A stretch of 64,000 nucleotides of DNA from Octopus vulgaris (GCA_951406725.2 OX597827.1:56544001-56608000); one strand, 5' to 3'. Positions 37,131 through 50,872 are shown, counted from the stretch's first letter. Notes: generated from the sequence alone by a model not told the origin. A program made the numbers and translations.

Positions 37131-37447
37131 TATTCTTTTCCGCACACTCAGCAAGATTTTTTTCTGCTCATCGCTTTTCGATAAGAGAAAAAAAAATCCA
37201 TTTTTTATATTCACTATGGATTGCTCGAAGCTAACTCTCTTCTTACACCTCGATCTACGTATTGTACATTTGAGAACCCAGAGGCGTCCACAGCATTTTG
37301 ACAATCTCCAGAGAAACAAGCAGTCAAACTGTTTATATACTCAACATATGCAGCAGTTACTCTATGAAGGGGTCCCTAATTTGCACACCGAAAGTGTTTA
37401 ATACTATAAATATCAGCGGCCTGTTAATGAGGATCTTAGTCCACACA

Positions 37448-37483
<36 letters not shown>

Positions 37484-37548
37484 GTGAGTCGTCTAAGAGA
37501 TCATAAGTCAGGAAAAAAATGCACTCGTACATCTGTCAGTAGAGTGGG

Positions 37549-37842
37549 TGTATTATCCGAAATGTATACTATTAAATATTAATTTCGGCTGATCTTACCA
37601 ATCGGTTTCGCGCAAAGAATACAATGAAGTGTTACATAACAATCGGATTATATAACTTTACGATCATTAGAGTTAGCCGATATGGAGCAGTTGCCATATT
37701 CCCTTCCATATCGGCTAACTCTGATGAGCGTAGTGTTATATAATCGGATTGTTATCTAACACTCCATTGTATTCTTTACGCGAAACCGATTGGTAAGGTC
37801 AGCCGTAATGGATATTTAATCCTGTGCATTTCGGATAATACA
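37549..37842. mobile_element. Palindromic MITE (~140-bp arms, ~18-bp loop)
   Basis: tgtattatccgaaatg...gagttagccgatatgga / tccatatcggctaactc...catttcggataataca. Confidence 0.85.
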
Positions 37843-38775
37843 GTAGCAGCCATAATATAAGGATTAGTAAGAACAAATGTATTGAAATATTTATTAAAGA
37901 AGATTAGCAAAATGTTGAGACTAGATATTTTACGCATATCTAGATACATCTAATATCTATCCTTCGTGAAAATTTCAAGTGAATGGAATAAACATTTCGT
38001 AAATTACGAGGACATAAACGAATAATCTTCAAAACCGCAATGGCCAAAAGTGTCACTTAGAAAAACAATGAAAAATAGAACAAGAACAAAAAAGAAACCC
38101 TTACTATTAATATTTTGTTAACATCCCTTTACTATCAATAACCTCCTGACATCTGTTACCACAGGACTGAATTAATTTCTAGCATAATGAGTGGGTAATA
38201 TTGTTCCATTCGTTTTTCAATAATTCCTAGAGTTCATCTTGGTTCTTTGGAGTTCTCCTTCGTGCCCCATCTCCAATAATCTTCCAAACGTTTTTATAGG
38301 GTTGAGATCGGGACTTTGAGGTGACCAGTCCATGAGATCAACCCCTTCATCACTCAAAAAATTTGACTCTCTTCGCAGTGTGACAGGGAGCGTTGTCCTG
38401 CACGAAGATAGGAGGTTGAACTGACGAGAATCGGAGATGTAGACGGGCATGCTAAGGATCTGCTTGTAGATTTCAGCATTGACAGTCCATTGTAGGCGAA
38501 TAAGTGGACCAGGATCAGCAGCAGAGATCACTTCCCATACCATTACACTGCCTCCTCTATATTTCGCTGTCTTCTTCCCACATGCACGAGATAACCTTTC
38601 GCCACTTCTTCGTCGGACATACATCCCGCCTTCGGAACCAATCACATTAAACTGCAATTTATCGTTAAAATGAATCTGCAATCACTGTTCTTCTATATCT
38701 TTGATTCTTATTGAAGATCAGAGGTTTCTTTGCCGGTGCGCGAGCAAGCAACCCATGTTGCTTTAGTCCACTCAG
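37841..38775 (-). mobile_element. Degenerate Tc1-like transposon (DD34E)
   Basis: YVRRRSGERL, GGSVMVWEVISAADPGPLIRL and WSPQSPDLNPIK motifs; TA|CAGT-type end at 37841. Confidence 0.9.
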
Positions 38776-39618
38776 CTGGCAAGAATGACGTGTATTCAGC
38801 TGAATAAAATTACTGCTGTTGTTTGTCAACAAGAACTTCTTCGTTTATGACAACCCTAACCCTAAAACCCTAACCCTAAAACCTTAACCCTAAAACCAGT
38901 ACAACCGCACGAACGATGTCATAAATAACAGTGACAAACGAAAAATACACCGCCGATAGTTGTTGACAAACAACGGCAGTAATTTTATTCAGCTGAATAC
39001 ACGTCATTGATTGGTTGAAATTACCGAAATACGAGAAATTTAATGTGAAATAACTTCGTAAATATAAGTTTTTCTCAAAAATGCTAAGAGTAAAAGATGT
39101 TTTATATGACACATTCTATCAGTGTCCGAGGTTTGAAAGTGTTTAGTTACAAAAAATTATTTTAAAAATCTGTTGGTCAAAAGGTAAAGATCCTTTCGTC
39201 CTATACTATACCACGAGTACGAAAAAAAAACTGCTTCATTAATTATGACGATGAAAGCTTAAATACAAGACAACATATTTATATAAGAGGGTATATGTGA
39301 TGTAGAAGCTATTTTTCTGCGGGCATTATCGGCATACATACAAATATATTTCAATAATGATTTCAAATCAAGTTGCAGATCCGATTTGCTGAGTAGTTAC
39401 TCATTTATCTTTGATAATATTATTGATTTTTGTGTGAGCAGACACACGGCTCTATATTTCTAGAAGAGAGTATTGCGATGTTGTTAGTCTTTGTTCGGGA
39501 CAAAAGCAATGTAAATGCAGTAAATGGCTTTAACCAAGAATCAAAAGCGGTTTGTGACTGTTCTTCGTTTTCATGCAAGTGAGAGTATTTACTTTATCGA
39601 AAGTAAGATGCTTTTCTA

Positions 39619-40022
39619 GGATCTTTTCAGTTTGAACATAATTTCTAGGTAACTAAAAAATTTTAAACTTCGTATACTGGTAGAATTTGTCTATAAAACA
39701 TTTTTTCTCTTGGCTTTATTGAGAAAATTCTATAGTTTTTAAGATATTTGTTGTTTTTTTTTCTTCAATTTCTGCAATTTCAACCAATCAATGACGTCCA
39801 TTGAGGTAAAAAACATTCTGTGCCGTATGAATATGTCCCTCGTTTAAGAAACAGATTGGGTTTATTTACATTTGTGAAGAAAAAAAAATACCCTTCTCCC
39901 CACCCCTAACCCTAACCCTAAAACAGATTGAAATGCAATAGATCGATACTAGGGTCATAATTATGGGTGGCAATTTCATATGACACCGATAGAAAAAACT
40001 GCCGTTCAAACCGAAAAGATCC
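39619..40022. mobile_element. ggatc-terminal MITE with 8-bp TSD
   Basis: ggatcttttcagtttgaac...gttcaaaccgaaaagatcc; TSD cttttcta at 39611-39618 and 40023-40030. Confidence 0.88.
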
Positions 40023-42219
40023 CTTTTCTAAGCTAAAAAGTGGAAATGCTTTCCATAAAAAAAAAAAAAATGAAGCTTTTAAGAGACGAAATTGAAATAA
40101 TGGACAATGGAATGCCAGTGAAGAACTGTGGAACATCCAGTGCAACGTTGTTAGACTTAAAGTTGGATTTACCAAATTCTGCCGACTTTGACTTTGTTAT
40201 CCTTTCGAGGTCGATAAAATAAGTACCAGTTAACTACTGGGGATGGGGGTCAATGTAATCGACTTCCCCTTAGCATGAAAATTGCTGGCCTTGTGTCAAA
40301 ATTGGAAAGAATTATTAAAGTTGGATTTGCCAAATATTTCTCTTACATTTCTACTTAACATGAATGAGCAAAGCATGCCTATTAACATCTGAATGTCAAT
40401 AGAAGTTACAATGGTTAACACAAAAAAGCAATTACTTTTATGCAAAAATTATGGCATTCTTTTTTGCCTTCGACTTTGTCCTGGTTGTGGTGGAAGATAT
40501 GAAGTTCACTGAAGACCTGAATCATGAAGATGGTCACCTAAAGAGGTTTTACCAAAAGAATTTGTTGCTAGAAAATTGTTAACATTGTCATTGTTAACAT
40601 TTTCCAGCATGCAAAATCATGTGTTGGTGAGTATTGAAGTGATGGCATTCACGTTGAATCACAATGAAATTGAGCGAAAAGAAGAAACCAACGAAATATT
40701 ACTATTCATCGTAATACAATTACATGGTTATTTTAATCGAGTATTATGTAGCTTCATGCTTTTCCTAATGATGGATTTGAAACGGTTAATGAAAGATATT
40801 CGATCCGTTTATAATTTGTACTTTAGAAATTCACAAACATTCCATTTAGAAATTCATAAACAAACATTTGCAAAGAAAAAAAAAATTCTTTCTTTATCTG
40901 GAAAATATCTAAAGTTGACAAGGTAAATTACTTTCACTTTCACGGTCCCCTTGAAACGAAGAAGCGTCAAGTTTGCGCATAAATTTTATAGGAGGTAAAC
41001 GTGTATTGTATTTTAATGAAAACACAGAATTCTACAAAGTAAAGAAAATATCTTAACCTTATCATATCTCGTATTTAACAGTGAGAAAAATATGTTGGAA
41101 TTTATCTTTAAATAAATCATAAAAACTCTAAAGAAAAACACCTAAATTTCAGTGGTTTCATTCAAAATCATATTTACTTACCTTTAACTAGTTCTTTTCA
41201 CACGTAGTTCTATAACTATTCTTAGTCAAAAGTAGTTTGAAAATGTCAGTAATAAAATGGAGGTTTCTCGCTCTTGAACCTGCTTTTGGTAAAAAGTAAA
41301 CTTCACTTATTTTTTATGGTTTCATCAGAATAATATATATTTCCCTTTTAAAATGCAATGGGTAAAACGTTAAATTATATATCCTTTTATAAACTGGTTA
41401 AAAGCTCTACCTTTAGAGGTGACATTTGCATGTATTTATTTATTAAAAATAAAAAATAAAACAACGAAATCCAAAGTATGTTTATTGTTCACTTCAGTGA
41501 AACAATCTAAATATTTATTATCTTGTCTTTATTGACACAATCTAAATCCTTTTGTCGTTTGAAGCCCTCCCACAAAGCAGACGACTTCAAAACGATTGAA
41601 ATATCATCTTAGGTCTGCATGCAGAATTAGGTAGGATACACTTATGACATAGATATTTGACAGACCCAAGCTAAATGCTTTTAGGCTAAAACATAATATT
41701 TTAACGCCTAATATTATCTGAAAAACTTTGTTCATCTGTCCCAGCTATCTATCTACCAGTCTATACATTTACCAAGGTTCCACGCACATACATACACATA
41801 TTTATATATGAACAAATTCAGACATAATGCAATCACCCTAAAGCAACAGCAGAACATTTTTTATTCATATCGTTTGAATAAACCGCATTTTACAACTTGT
41901 GGCGACAATTCATTAAATCTGAAAACAATGCACATACTATCTACCACCCACCGTGTTCGTATGAAGAGACAAAAAGATTTTGTAGTCGTTCTAAGTATAC
42001 CCTCACGAAAAGTAAACCGACATTAAAGTGCACCGAAAAGAAAATTATGCATTTCTTGTCATTAACAGCTGAGATTTCATGTATATAAAAAATTAATTTG
42101 GGGTTCAAATCTTGCCGAGGATAACTAACGATGTATTTATTGAAGTCTTCACGTTATTACCTTCAAAATCATTCGGCTATCATTTTGTTATTTGCTGTTT
42201 CTATTCAACTATTGTTAAC

Positions 42220-43070
42220 TAATAATGGTTTTCAGATTTAGACACAAGGTTACCAGTTTTAAAAGAAGAGGTTTTAAGTCAATAACATCGACTCTGGTGC
42301 TACATTGGTACTTTATTTTATCGACCCCGAAAGGACAAAAGACAAATTGAATTCGACGCCATTTAAAGCCCAGAATGTAAAGTCACAACAAATACCGTAA
42401 AACTTTTTTTCCCCGATGCTCTAACGATTCCGCCAGCTCGCTGCCTTGGCTACTTAACACATAAATGGTTTCACATTTTGACTTGAAGCCAGATTTTTTT
42501 TTTTTAGGTAGAGAGGGATTTAGTCAATTATATCAACACTGGTGCTCAACTAATACTTAATTTTATCGCCCCGATAGGCTGAAAGGCAAAGACTACCTAA
42601 TTGGCATTTGAATTAGAACGTAATGAGTTGGAAGAAATGCTGTTAAGTATTTTGTCCTACGTGTCAGCTTGCCAACAGGGGGCTAAACATTGAGGGGACA
42701 AACAAGGACACACAAAGGGATTAAATCGATTACATCGACCCAGTGCGTAACTGGTATTTATTTAATCGACCCCAAAAAGATGAAAGGCAAAGTCGACCTC
42801 GGTGGAATTTGAACTCAGAACGTAATGGCAGACGAAATACCTATTTCTTTACTATCCACAAGGGGCTAAACACAGAGAGGACAAACAAGGACAGACAAAC
42901 GGATTAAGTCGATTACATCGACCCCAGTGCGTAACTGGTACTTATTTAATCGACTCCGAAAGGATGAAAGGCAAATTCGACCTCGGCGGAATTTGAACTC
43001 AGAACGTAGCGGCAGACGAAATACTGCTAAGCACTTCGCCCGGCGTGCTAACGATTCTACCAGCTCGCCA
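42220..43070 (-). mobile_element. Cluster of about four SINE family 2 units of different ages
   Basis: Repeated ggatgaaaggcaaagtcgacctc-like core; dimer junction at ~42832-42860. Confidence 0.85.
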
Positions 43071-43145
43071 CTCTGCTTAACTAACAACGTATTGAGGACC
43101 TCGTGTTATTGTTTATCCAAAATATGCCTCGATTGAACAGAACTA

Positions 43146-43345
43146 CAGGGTGAGGCAGAAAGGTTGCCCCGATTTCAAAAGTTTAAAAACATACATATGA
43201 AGATGCGTGAAAAAATTTGTATTTCTATGAAGTTCATTAAATGTCATTTTTTTCTGTAATAGACACCATAGCCTGGAGTGGAGAGCATCGTTTTTTTCAT
43301 GTATCTTCATATGTTTGTTTTTATTAACCTTTCAGCCGCACCCTG
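43146..43345. mobile_element. Tc1/mariner-type MITE
   Basis: TA|cagggtgaggcagaaaggtt ... aacctttcagccgcaccctg|TA. Confidence 0.75.
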
Positions 43346-43389
43346 TATATCAACGACACTCCATCCTTAGCGATAGTGTCTGTTTTAGA

Positions 43390-43990
43390 TATCCCTATAT
43401 AGTGTTGCTAGTCAGGTCAAGGATCTCATCACAGGCTATTGGTATGTAGTGATCCTATATAACGGTGCGCGCTTGCGCACCGTCCTTTTCTGTTTCGCGC
43501 GTGCGGGGTTGGTGCTTTCACCACCGGAAGAAGGAATTTGCCTACGTTGACCACCAGCGTCCAGTAGGCAGTGACTTGAGACACAGCTATCGAAGGTACA
43601 AGACGTGTAGTTCTCTCTCTCTGTCCGGATTTGATAGCAGCAGTCAGGCTTTTCATAGAAGACGCGTATTATCTTCGTTTCCCCCTGACATTTGTTGCCG
43701 ACCACATCATTTTCTCTCCCTATTCGGACGCCATCTTGACCAGTGTCGTTTGCATTTGAACACTGTAAATTCTACAGCGATAAAGTTCAGCTCTGACACA
43801 TCCATACCAAAGGGATACCAGATACACCACTTATTTGTTACTGTCATAAGAGAATAAAGTAGATATATATTTTTTACGTCTGCGTCTTGTTGTTTCTGAC
43901 TGGTAGAATCTGGATATTAAAGCAACGGAAAGTGATTGCACCAACTGCACCCAAAAAGTGCAGAGAAGATATTCACTGCCGTTACAGGTA
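43390..43990 (+). promoter_or_regulatory. Candidate promoter and 5' UTR exon of gene B
   Basis: Locally CpG-rich, non-repetitive; cctatataa TATA-like element followed by palindrome acggtgcgc-gctt-gcgcaccgt; candidate donor CAG|GTACTA at 43987. Confidence 0.4.
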
Positions 43991-44231
43991 CTATGCAAAC
44001 CAGTACTACCTGTTCTGTGGTCGAGTGGTCGGCGATTAAACTAGCCCCCGCTCCCTATTTGAATAACTTGTGAGGAGAGTGTCTGGACACACGGCAGGAC
44101 TAAAAACAAAACCTGTCGAAAAACATATGAGCTCCTTGTGGGCCAAAAACCATCCTAGGCAAGACTTCCTTTTGTACCCAACCCCACAAACACCGTTTTT
44201 TTTTTAAATTTAATTTTTTCCCCCACACAAA

Positions 44232-44566
44232 CCCACGTTTTCGAATATGGAGAATACGAATCTGCCAAAAAATTGGCAAAAATCGGCATTTTGAAATTAC
44301 CGCCCCCACCCTAATTTCTTCATTTTTAACTTTTTTCAGAAATTTCTTTATTTCAAAATATGCGGAAAAATATAGAGATTATGATTCTGAAAAGATTTCC
44401 AAAAGTTTTTGTAGTTACGGTTAGGGTTTTAGGGTTTTAGGGTTACGGTTACGGTTAGAGTTAGGGAAAAAAAGTGAAAATGAAGAAATTGGGGGGAGGG
44501 GGCGCTAAAAATTTCAAAATGCTGATTTTTGGCAATTTTCCGGAATCTCCGTATCCGAAAACGGGG
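44232..44566. mobile_element. Inverted-arm MITE with central TTAGGG-like tract
   Basis: 44232-44336 versus 44466-44566 imperfect inverted repeats; gttagggtttttagggttttagggttacgg in the centre. Confidence 0.65.
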
Positions 44567-45219
44567 GTTTTTGGCAAATAATAATAATAACAACAACAAT
44601 AATAATAATAATATAATAAATGCTCTGATGCAGTACCAGGCAGTGGCTCTCGTGGCTTCTGATCTTAACTGATTGGAAGTGTTATCATGTACATTGTTTT
44701 GTCTTGGTATAAAAGATGGGCTTCAGCAAATATTCTGCTCAATACCACAGATTTGCTTGTCAGTTGTTTGACTAATCAGTTGAACATGTCCCTTAGTGAC
44801 TGACGATATGTGCATCTCTGATCACGAGCAGAAGTAGTTGGGGAGCATCATAGCCATGATCTGAGAGGGATTCTTTGGGATTTGAATAATTCACCTCTGG
44901 AAACATGGGTGTTTCGTTCAACATACTTAAACAACCCTTATTCAGGGACCTTTTTAACGGGATGGGTTACTCAACCAGAAGAAAATTCTAACTGGGCCCC
45001 ACCCACCTTCAAGGTCGTGTGCTGTTTATCTTGATATGAGATCATCATGTCGTGCACATAAGGTTGTGATGCATGTGCCTAGAGTACCCTTATCAGACGA
45101 GCAGCCATGATGGGTATACTGGGCTTCGTATATTTTACCCCAGTGTCACTTTGATGGCATGCACTGCTCTCTCACTCAACAACAACAACAACAACAACAA
45201 CAATAATAGCAATAATAAC

Positions 45220-45252
<33 letters not shown>

Positions 45253-45677
45253 TTGTGAGAAAATGTTGGGGAGACGGGAGGAAGTCTTTCCCCATCCTAT
45301 AGGGGAAGGCAATGGCAAACCATCCAATATTCTGCCAAGAAAACTCTGATGGGAGAACTCGCGCGTACTTGGGAAGACGTTTGTTGTCAATTTGATTGTT
45401 ATATTTCATTAATCTCTGTACTTAGCACCCGAGTACCGCGGTTATCCCAACGAAGCTCTGAGCCTAATACTCGTTAGCTATTTGGATCTCAATGAAGGAC
45501 TTTCCATTGTTTTCGATGATGATCATTCAGATCAACTGAACAACTTAGTCGTTAAATTAATAGGTAAGTGGCTGAGTATCCCACATTGTTGGGATTTATC
45601 CACAGTAATTTAAAAAAGAGATATGTTAAGAATAGTTTATTTTAATAGCATTCTTGGCAATCTTTCGTCGCCTTCTT

Positions 45678-46099
45678 GGCAATCTTTCGTCTCTAGTAGA
45701 CCTTTCCGTCGATTTCCGTAAAAATTTTTTTTTTTACATATGGGCTTGCGGGAACTTTTGAAGTAATGAGAGCGAAAGAGACTAAAAGAAAGCGATTGTA
45801 TGACGAGGGAAGTTCTTTTGAAGTTACCGTGCATGGGAAGCATTGATGTACATGTGTGTGTGTGTGTGTGTTTGATGGGGGTGTGGGAGACAGACAGTAT
45901 GTTGTGTAAGTGAAGTGCTTCTGTTAGTGTGTGTGAAGAGGCAGAGTAATGTGTGAAAGTAAGAGATAACTGAAATTTTTTACTCGGTGTATGTGTATAT
46001 GTATGTATATTACTTCAAAAGTTCCCGCAAGCCCATATGTAAAAAAAAATAATTTTTACGGAAATCGACGGAAAGGTCTACTAGAGACGAAAGATCGCC
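45678..46099. mobile_element. MITE with ~90-bp TIRs, GG termini and 8-bp TSD (Merlin-like)
   Basis: ggcaatctttcgtctctagtagacc...ggtctactagagacgaaagatcgcc; TSD gcattctt (45648-45655 and 46100-46107), with a 22-bp duplication at the left end. Confidence 0.88.
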
Positions 46100-46131
46100 G
46101 CATTCTTTTCTGTTAGTAAATATGTTTTTAC

Positions 46132-46181
<50 letters not shown>

Positions 46182-46964
46182 CCTCACTTAGGTCGTGGGA
46201 GGGGGGAGGTTAAAAAAAAATTTTGTAGTTGCTTATATCCCAGCAATGGACCACGCGTGTGTTACTTCAACATCATCACTCCATTAAATGTGTTTATTGG
46301 GAGAAAAATATTCAAAAACATCAATAACATGTAAGAGTGACAAAGAAACAAAGAAGATGGTCGTAATATGTGCTAGAAACAATAGCCAAATCACGGACCC
46401 TTTCGTCTGAAAATATTTACAAAAACTTTAAAAAATTTTTACCGAAAAGGCTTCTCTCGTGGTTTTTAAGTGTATAGTACCGAAATAAATGGGGTCAAAA
46501 CCGGTTTGGAGAGGACAGTGGTGATGGTGGTGATGGGGCACATAAAAAAAGTCATAAATTTACAAAAAGGTTTTGCATAGAAAGATGCCCACATCATTTC
46601 AAAGGCTGTGGTGAAAAAAGATTGAAAAAATCCCCGTCAAAACGGAGAAAATCCAACTTGTGTGGGCATCCTGATCCGAAACTCTGCCCAATTCTCTACA
46701 AATACATTTCAGTTGGTGTACATTCTGATTATATCGAAATTTGTGAAAAGTTTTTCAGTGGGTGGGGAGCAGAGTTTTGGATGATTTACTTGAGCTGACT
46801 TTGTTACCTAATAACTTTCAGAAAAATGAGTATGTTTAAATGAATTTTCCTATAAATATTTTTTAAATATGGTGTAGATTATGATTATATCAGAATTTAA
46901 TGTAAAAAAAAAAAAAAAAAAGGAAGAAATTGGTGGGCATGCACATGTTCATATTGACACACAT

Positions 46965-46999
<35 letters not shown>

Positions 47000-47001
<2 letters not shown>

Positions 47002-47230
47002 TTCTTTATTGCCCTCCGGGGGCTAAACAAAGAGGGGACAAACGAGGACAGACAAAGGGATTAAGTCGATTACATCAAACCCAGTGCGTAACTGGTACTT
47101 TATTTATCGACCCCGAAAGGATGAAAGGCAAAGTCGACCTCAGCGGAATTTGAACTCAGAACATAACAGCAGACGAAATACCGCTAAGCGTTTCGCCTGG
47201 CGCGCTAACATTTTTGCCAGTTCGCCGCCT

Positions 47231-47231
<1 letters not shown>
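47000..47231 (-). mobile_element. SINE family 2
   Basis: Full-length unit between (CA)n/(TA)n tracts. Confidence 0.88.
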
Positions 47232-47290
<59 letters not shown>

Positions 47291-47716
47291 TTATATCTAC
47301 AAAATAGAACTTGAAATTTAGAAAACATTTATTTGTCAGTATGTATGTGTGCACATCTGCTCATGTACAGAATCTGAAAGATATTTGTAGAAAATTTAAT
47401 TTTAAAATACTCAATTTTCTGAAAGTTATGAGGAAACAAGGTAGACTTGTGTAAATTATCCAAAATTCCTCAAAAAAGAAAGAAGTTCCACAACAAATTA
47501 TAACTGTAATCTACACTGTCTGAAATGTTTTGGTGAAAAATTTCATTAAAAAGTATCCATAGCAAAACTGGGAATTGAACCTAACATATTTCAATTGCCA
47601 CCTTGGGACACACATTGATCATGTTCTGGATGATGTGATGTGTCCTGACTGCTAACCAATGTTATTCATGTCTCTTGACTCTTTTCCTATCTTGTGTTTC
47701 AGATTGCAGGAACCTG

Positions 47717-47755
47717 ATGTTTTGGTTTATGGTTCTCGTGGGGGCTAATAGTTTG
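47717..47755 (+). CDS. Gene B first coding exon: start and signal peptide (exon begins at 47703)
   Basis: Acceptor tgtttcAG; MFWFMVLVGANSL; phase-0 donor GTAAGT. Confidence 0.65.
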
Positions 47756-47889
47756 GTAAGTAGAAAATAAGGCTTAATAACTAAAATTTGACTCCAGAAA
47801 AGAAGCAAAAAGCCAAGAAAACTTCAAAGAACAACTGGTCTACTTGTTTTGTTGTTTTATTATTTTACTTGATATCTTAAAGAAAACAT

Positions 47890-47922
47890 GATTTGGTAGA
47901 TGGAAACTGAAAGAAGCCCGTC

Positions 47923-47966
<44 letters not shown>

Positions 47967-48168
47967 ATGTGTGTATATGTTTGTGTGTCTGTGTTTGTCC
48001 CCCCAACATCACTTGACAACTGATGGTGGTGTGTATACATCCCTGTAACTTAACAGTTTAGCAAAATAGACCAATAAAATAAGTATTGGGCTTCCTGAGG
48101 TTGATTGCTTGACTAAAGGCGGTGCTCCAGCATGGCCACAGTCAAATGACTGAAACAAGTAAAAGAGT
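47890..48168 (+). mobile_element. SINE family 1, 5'-truncated
   Basis: atttggtagatggaaactgaaagaagcccgtcg ... atgactgaaacaagtaaaaga. Confidence 0.85.
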
Positions 48169-49400
48169 ATATTGGTTATATTTCTACAATACACAAAATA
48201 TTTTAACAATTTTGTTTATACAATTCCTAATAATATTTAAAAACATAATAGGACATTTTAAACAGTAAATGGCAATGTGGAAGAAGGGTCCACTAGAGTT
48301 AAATAGGAATGAACGGAGTCCAAAGGTAAAAAATGGTTGAGAAATACTGCAAATAAAGCACCGCTCATTCTGCATTGTCACCTGTTTCTTCTTGGTAAAC
48401 ATCCATTGCCCTTTGATAGTCTTTTATAGATGTTTTCATCATTGGATCAACAAAATTTTAAAAATTGGTTCATAGCATCACAATTACAGAAGTGGCCTAA
48501 ACTAATATAGAAAACTCACTCATTGGATATCAAACATGTCCCTGTGTCTTCTCACAAGTGTTGCTGGGTATACTTACTTATGTTGCAGTGGTATGCCTCG
48601 GTTGTTTCAGAAATTGTCGTGCTATCACTAGAAGATATTATATAACTATTATATGGGATTTTGCTGTCTTCACTTTCTTCGCAGTATATTCCACATTTTT
48701 ACGACATTAAACTGCATGTTCACCCTAGTATCATTATATAAAATATATAATATCCATTCTGTGAAATATGTTGTAATTCTTTACCAGTAATGTGTCATGA
48801 GTTATTAAATGTTTAATAACTTCTCGCATGTTCATATATTTAATAGCTTTTCATATTATTTATTATATTTAAATAAAATGTGGCACTTTGATCTTATTAT
48901 TATATTTCCATTCACTTGAAAATTAGCTGTTTGTTTCTAATTGAGATAATTTTATTATTAATAGTAATTCCACTTTTAAATGATAATTACTAAGCAAAAA
49001 TAGCTTCGTTGTGTTTCATCCTTGTTTCCAGTACCAGATATAGCATCTCTTTACATATAAAATAAATCCATACATTAATATCTTGCAATTCGAATAATGG
49101 AAATCTCTAAATGTCTAGAACTCAAAAATATCTATTCGATATAATCTTCCATTTAAATTGTCTATAACTCTAAAATGTTTATCTGATATAGCCTTCTATT
49201 AAAAAAAAAATATATAATAGTTTCTATGTTAAACTGATTTCTATGAAAGTGATGTTTATATGTAAAATATTTCATCTGATTCTCTTTAATGCAAGAAATG
49301 GTTAACATGCAGTTTAGTGTCTTAAAAAGTGAAAGTAAACTGTAAGAGAAAGCTGAAGTGATGCCAGTGAAATCCCCTAATTTCATTATATTCATATAAT

Positions 49401-49805
49401 AGGTGCAGGAGTGGCTGTGTGGTATGTAGCTTGCTAATCAACCACATGGTTCCGGGTTCAGTCCCACTGCGTGGCATCTTGGGCAAGTGTCTTCTACTAT
49501 AGCCTCGGGCCGACCAAAGCCTTGTGAGTGGATTTGGTAGACGGAAACTGAAAGAAGCCTGTCGTATATATGTATATGTATATATATATGTATGTATGTG
49601 TATGTGTTTGTGTGTCTGTGTTTGTCTCCCTAGCATTGCTTGACAACCGATGCTGGTGTGTTTACGTCCCCGTCACTTAGCGGTTCGGCAAAAGGGACCG
49701 ATAGAATAAGTACTCGGCTTACAAAAGAATAAGTCCCGGGGTCGATTTGCTTGACTAAAGGCGGTGCTCCAGCATGGCCACAGTCAAATGACTGAAACAA
49801 GTAAA
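49401..49805 (+). mobile_element. SINE family 1, full length
   Basis: A box tggctgtgtgg, B box ggttcagtccc, family tail. Confidence 0.92.
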
Positions 49806-50369
49806 ATAAAATAATAAAAAAATATAACATGAAAGCAACGCCTAAAATGTACATATAACTTTTTCACAGTCTCTAAACCTATTCTGTCATGTTCGTTCAT
49901 GCAGATATAATATAAATAAAGCATTTCTCATTCTGCAGTGTCACTTGAATTTCTTCTTAATGAGTATCCACCACCATTCAACAGTTAGTGAATGAATGCT
50001 CTCATTGTTGGATCAACAAAATTTAAAGCATAGTTCACAACTATATATGGCCTAAACTAAAATAAGAAACTGAACCATTGGATATCAACTGCATTTCTAT
50101 GGCTCCTCAGCAGTGTTTGTTATTGGGTGTACCGCACAGTAGCAATGTATCTCAGCTGGTATTTCAGAAATGCTCATGCTATCACTAGAAGATATTATAT
50201 AACTAGGTGCCTGTGTTTACGAAATTATGAAATTTCACTATTGTCATTTTTAGCTCAATTTACTTTCACTTTTTTATGACACCAAACTGCATGTTAACCT
50301 AAGAAATAATGTAGAGTTGAAACTAAGGAATAATTTTAGGAGGTTTTTTATGGTTGGATGTCCTTTGTA

Positions 50370-50830
50370 ATGCCAACCACTTATGTATATGATCTCTAAC
50401 TGTGGAAGGACCTGTGGAAGAGGTAGACCCAAGAAGACATGGGATGAGGTGGTGAAGCATAATCTTCAAATGTTGGGTCTCTTGGAGGCAATGATAAATG
50501 ATCGAGACCTTTGATGATTTACTGTGCTTTAGAAAACTCATCAAACTAAGTGAAATCACAGTCATGGCTGGTGCTGGGGGCACATAAAAGGCACCTGTGC
50601 TGATGACACGTAAAAGATATTTGTGCATGTTACACATAAAAAGCACTCTTGCTGGTGACACTTAAAAGGTACCCACTACACTCTTGGAGTGGTTGGCATT
50701 AGGAAGGGCATCCAGCTGTAGAAACTAAGCCAAACCAGATTGGAACCTGGTACAGCTCTCTGGCTTATCAGTTCCATTCAACTGTCCAATCCATGCCAGC
50801 ATGGAAAGCAGACCCTAATATTGATGATAA

Positions 50831-50835
<5 letters not shown>
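50370..50835 (+). mobile_element. RTE LINE 3' end (ORF2 C-terminus, 3' UTR, (GAT)n tail)
   Basis: GRGRPKKTWDEVVKHNL, then a UTR with ggcacataaaaggcacc repeats and ccatgccagcatggaaagcagac. Confidence 0.8.

Positions 50836-50872
<37 letters not shown>

Noticed and set aside
36886-37401. 171-aa ORF
   Set aside because: Overlaps a hairpin repeat, has no recognisable domain and a non-ATG start.
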